In this document: one piece after another, positions 1 to 569 of the stretch | Position numbering within the stretch: the first letter of the stretch is position 1 | Layout: every line of letters starts with the position of its first letter | Assembly: GCF_003334335.1 (NCBI RefSeq) | Contig: NZ_QOWQ01000170.1 | DNA: 569 bases | Direction: 5' to 3' (one strand) | Source: Escherichia coli | GTDB taxonomy: Bacteria > Pseudomonadota > Gammaproteobacteria > Enterobacterales > Enterobacteriaceae | Program-made: the position numbers and the translations under genes | Notes under the pieces: generated by a model | What the model was told of the DNA's origin: nothing | Databases searched by the model: none | Seen by the model: only the letters and a program-made list of their open reading frames with translations

Positions 1-569
1 CCGGACCACCCGGACCACAGGGTCCGGCAGGGCAAACCGGCCCGAAAGGGGATAAAGGTGAACCCGGCGCAACAGGTCCGGCAGGTCCCGCAGGCCCTCG
101 GGGAGAAACCGGCCCCGCAGGTCCTGCGGGTCCCGCAGGCAGTGTCGCCAGTGTTCCGGATGCCAGCACATCGCAGAAGGGTGTGGTGCTGTTGAGCAGT
201 GCCACAGACAGCGCTGAGGAAAACAAGGCCGCCACGCCGAAAGCGGTGAAGGCAGCAATGGATGCGGCAAATGCAGCGAAACAGCGTGCAGAAGAGGTGG
301 CGAAGGCTGGGGCATCAGGCAGCAGTATGCCGGGACCCAAAGGCGATCAGGGGCCACCGGGGCCGAAAGGTGAAAAAGGTGAACCGGGAGCAACAGGCCC
401 CGCAGGAAAGGATGGTGCCGCCGGAGCGGAAGGTAAGGCAGGTCCGGCAGGGCCACGAGGTGAAAGGGGACCAGCGGGGGCGCAGGGTGTTCCGGGGCCA
501 CAGGGCCCTGCCGGAGGGCGAGGGCCGATGGGACCGCCCGGGTTGGATGGTAAAACCGGACCACAGGGA
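1..569 (+). CDS. Partial (5' and 3' truncated) phage/prophage tail fibre protein with collagen-like Gly-X-Y repeats; codon phase begins at nt 3
   Basis: Frame 3 (nt 3-569) is open for all 189 codons, while + frames 1 and 2 contain stops (TGA 193-195, TGA 247-249; TAA 53-55). Translation: [189 protein letters not shown]. Strict Gly every third residue over 15 and 26 consecutive triplets cannot arise by chance. Product call rests on recalled similarity of the central motif to phage tail fibre repeats; not verified by search. Confidence 0.85.
3..140 (+). repeat. Collagen-like triple-helix tract 1: 15 uninterrupted Gly-X-Y triplets plus closing Gly (coding repeat inside the CDS)
   Basis: Codons at 3-140 read [46 protein letters not shown]. 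Pro is enriched at X, and charged residues (K, D, E, R) occur in X/Y positions. Confidence 0.9.
141..332 (+). other. Non-collagenous interruption (64 aa) containing a phage tail-fibre-repeat-like motif (core about nt 177-263)
   Basis: Translation [64 protein letters not shown]. The core [11 protein letters not shown]...[12 protein letters not shown] matches my recollection of the consensus of the short repeat in lambdoid side tail fibre proteins (Pfam 'Phage tail fibre repeat'). Family assignment is from memory. Confidence 0.65.
333..569 (+). repeat. Collagen-like triple-helix tract 2: 26 uninterrupted Gly-X-Y triplets plus Gly, continuing past the window end
   Basis: Codons at 333-569 read [79 protein letters not shown], with no break in Gly periodicity. 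Confidence 0.9.

Noticed and set aside
258-260. Internal ATG codons (258-260, 327-329, 528-530) as possible translation starts
   Set aside because: All are in-frame Met codons inside a continuously open frame that clearly extends upstream of the window. No convincing Shine-Dalgarno context stands out, and the collagen periodicity runs through them.
1-567. A completely stop-free antisense reading frame across the window (minus-strand codons complementary to + triplets 1-3, 4-6, and so on). The only antisense stops in the window (TCA on + at 315-317 and 347-349) fall in the other two minus frames. In-frame antisense ATGs lie opposite + 'cat' at 169-171 and 313-315.
   Set aside because: GC-rich Gly/Pro/Ala-coding sequence is depleted of the trinucleotides that form stops on either strand, so an open antisense frame is expected by composition. 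It would encode a low-complexity Arg/Pro/Leu/Ala-rich product and has no periodicity or motif support, whereas the sense frame shows perfect Gly-X-Y periodicity.
1-569. Eukaryotic collagen gene fragment
   Set aside because: 567 nt of uninterrupted coding sequence with no intron, abundant charged triplets, and a phage tail-fibre-like non-collagenous module argue for a prokaryotic or phage protein.
1-569. CRISPR array or non-coding tandem repeat
   Set aside because: Repeats are short (11-13 nt exact), irregularly spaced and imperfect at larger scale. They are fully explained by the repetitive Gly-Pro-Ala coding content; no repeat-spacer architecture is present.
333-569. Diversity-generating retroelement variable region, or other targeted hypervariable segment, in the fibre
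   Set aside because: No template repeat or reverse transcriptase is visible in the window, and no adenine-specific substitution pattern can be assessed without a second copy. The region is a shaft-type collagen tract, not a receptor-binding tip.
1-569. Non-phage bacterial collagen-like surface protein (BclA-type exosporium or streptococcal Scl-type)
   Set aside because: Possible on the collagen tracts alone, but triplet composition is not GPT-dominated as I recall for BclA, and the central SSAT...ATPKAVK motif points to a phage tail fibre. This is left as the main alternative, not excluded.

Overview
The whole 569-nt window is internal to a single + strand coding sequence (codon phase starts at nt 3, no start or stop codon in view). 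It translates to two uninterrupted collagen-like Gly-X-Y tracts (nt 3-140, 15 triplets; nt 333-569, 26 triplets) flanking a 64-aa non-collagenous segment (nt 141-332) with the motif [29 protein letters not shown]. From memory, that motif resembles the conserved 'phage tail fibre repeat' of lambdoid prophage side tail fibre proteins in enterobacteria. The best reading is a fragment of the shaft of a phage, prophage or tailocin tail-fibre protein. The other two + frames carry stops (TAA at 53-55; TGA at 193-195 and 247-249). No RNA gene, CRISPR array, mobile-element terminus, promoter or terminator is supportable. I do not see a novel system in this window: it is a partial gene, and the receptor-binding end and gene neighbourhood that would decide novelty lie outside it. 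All homology statements are from recall and were not searched.
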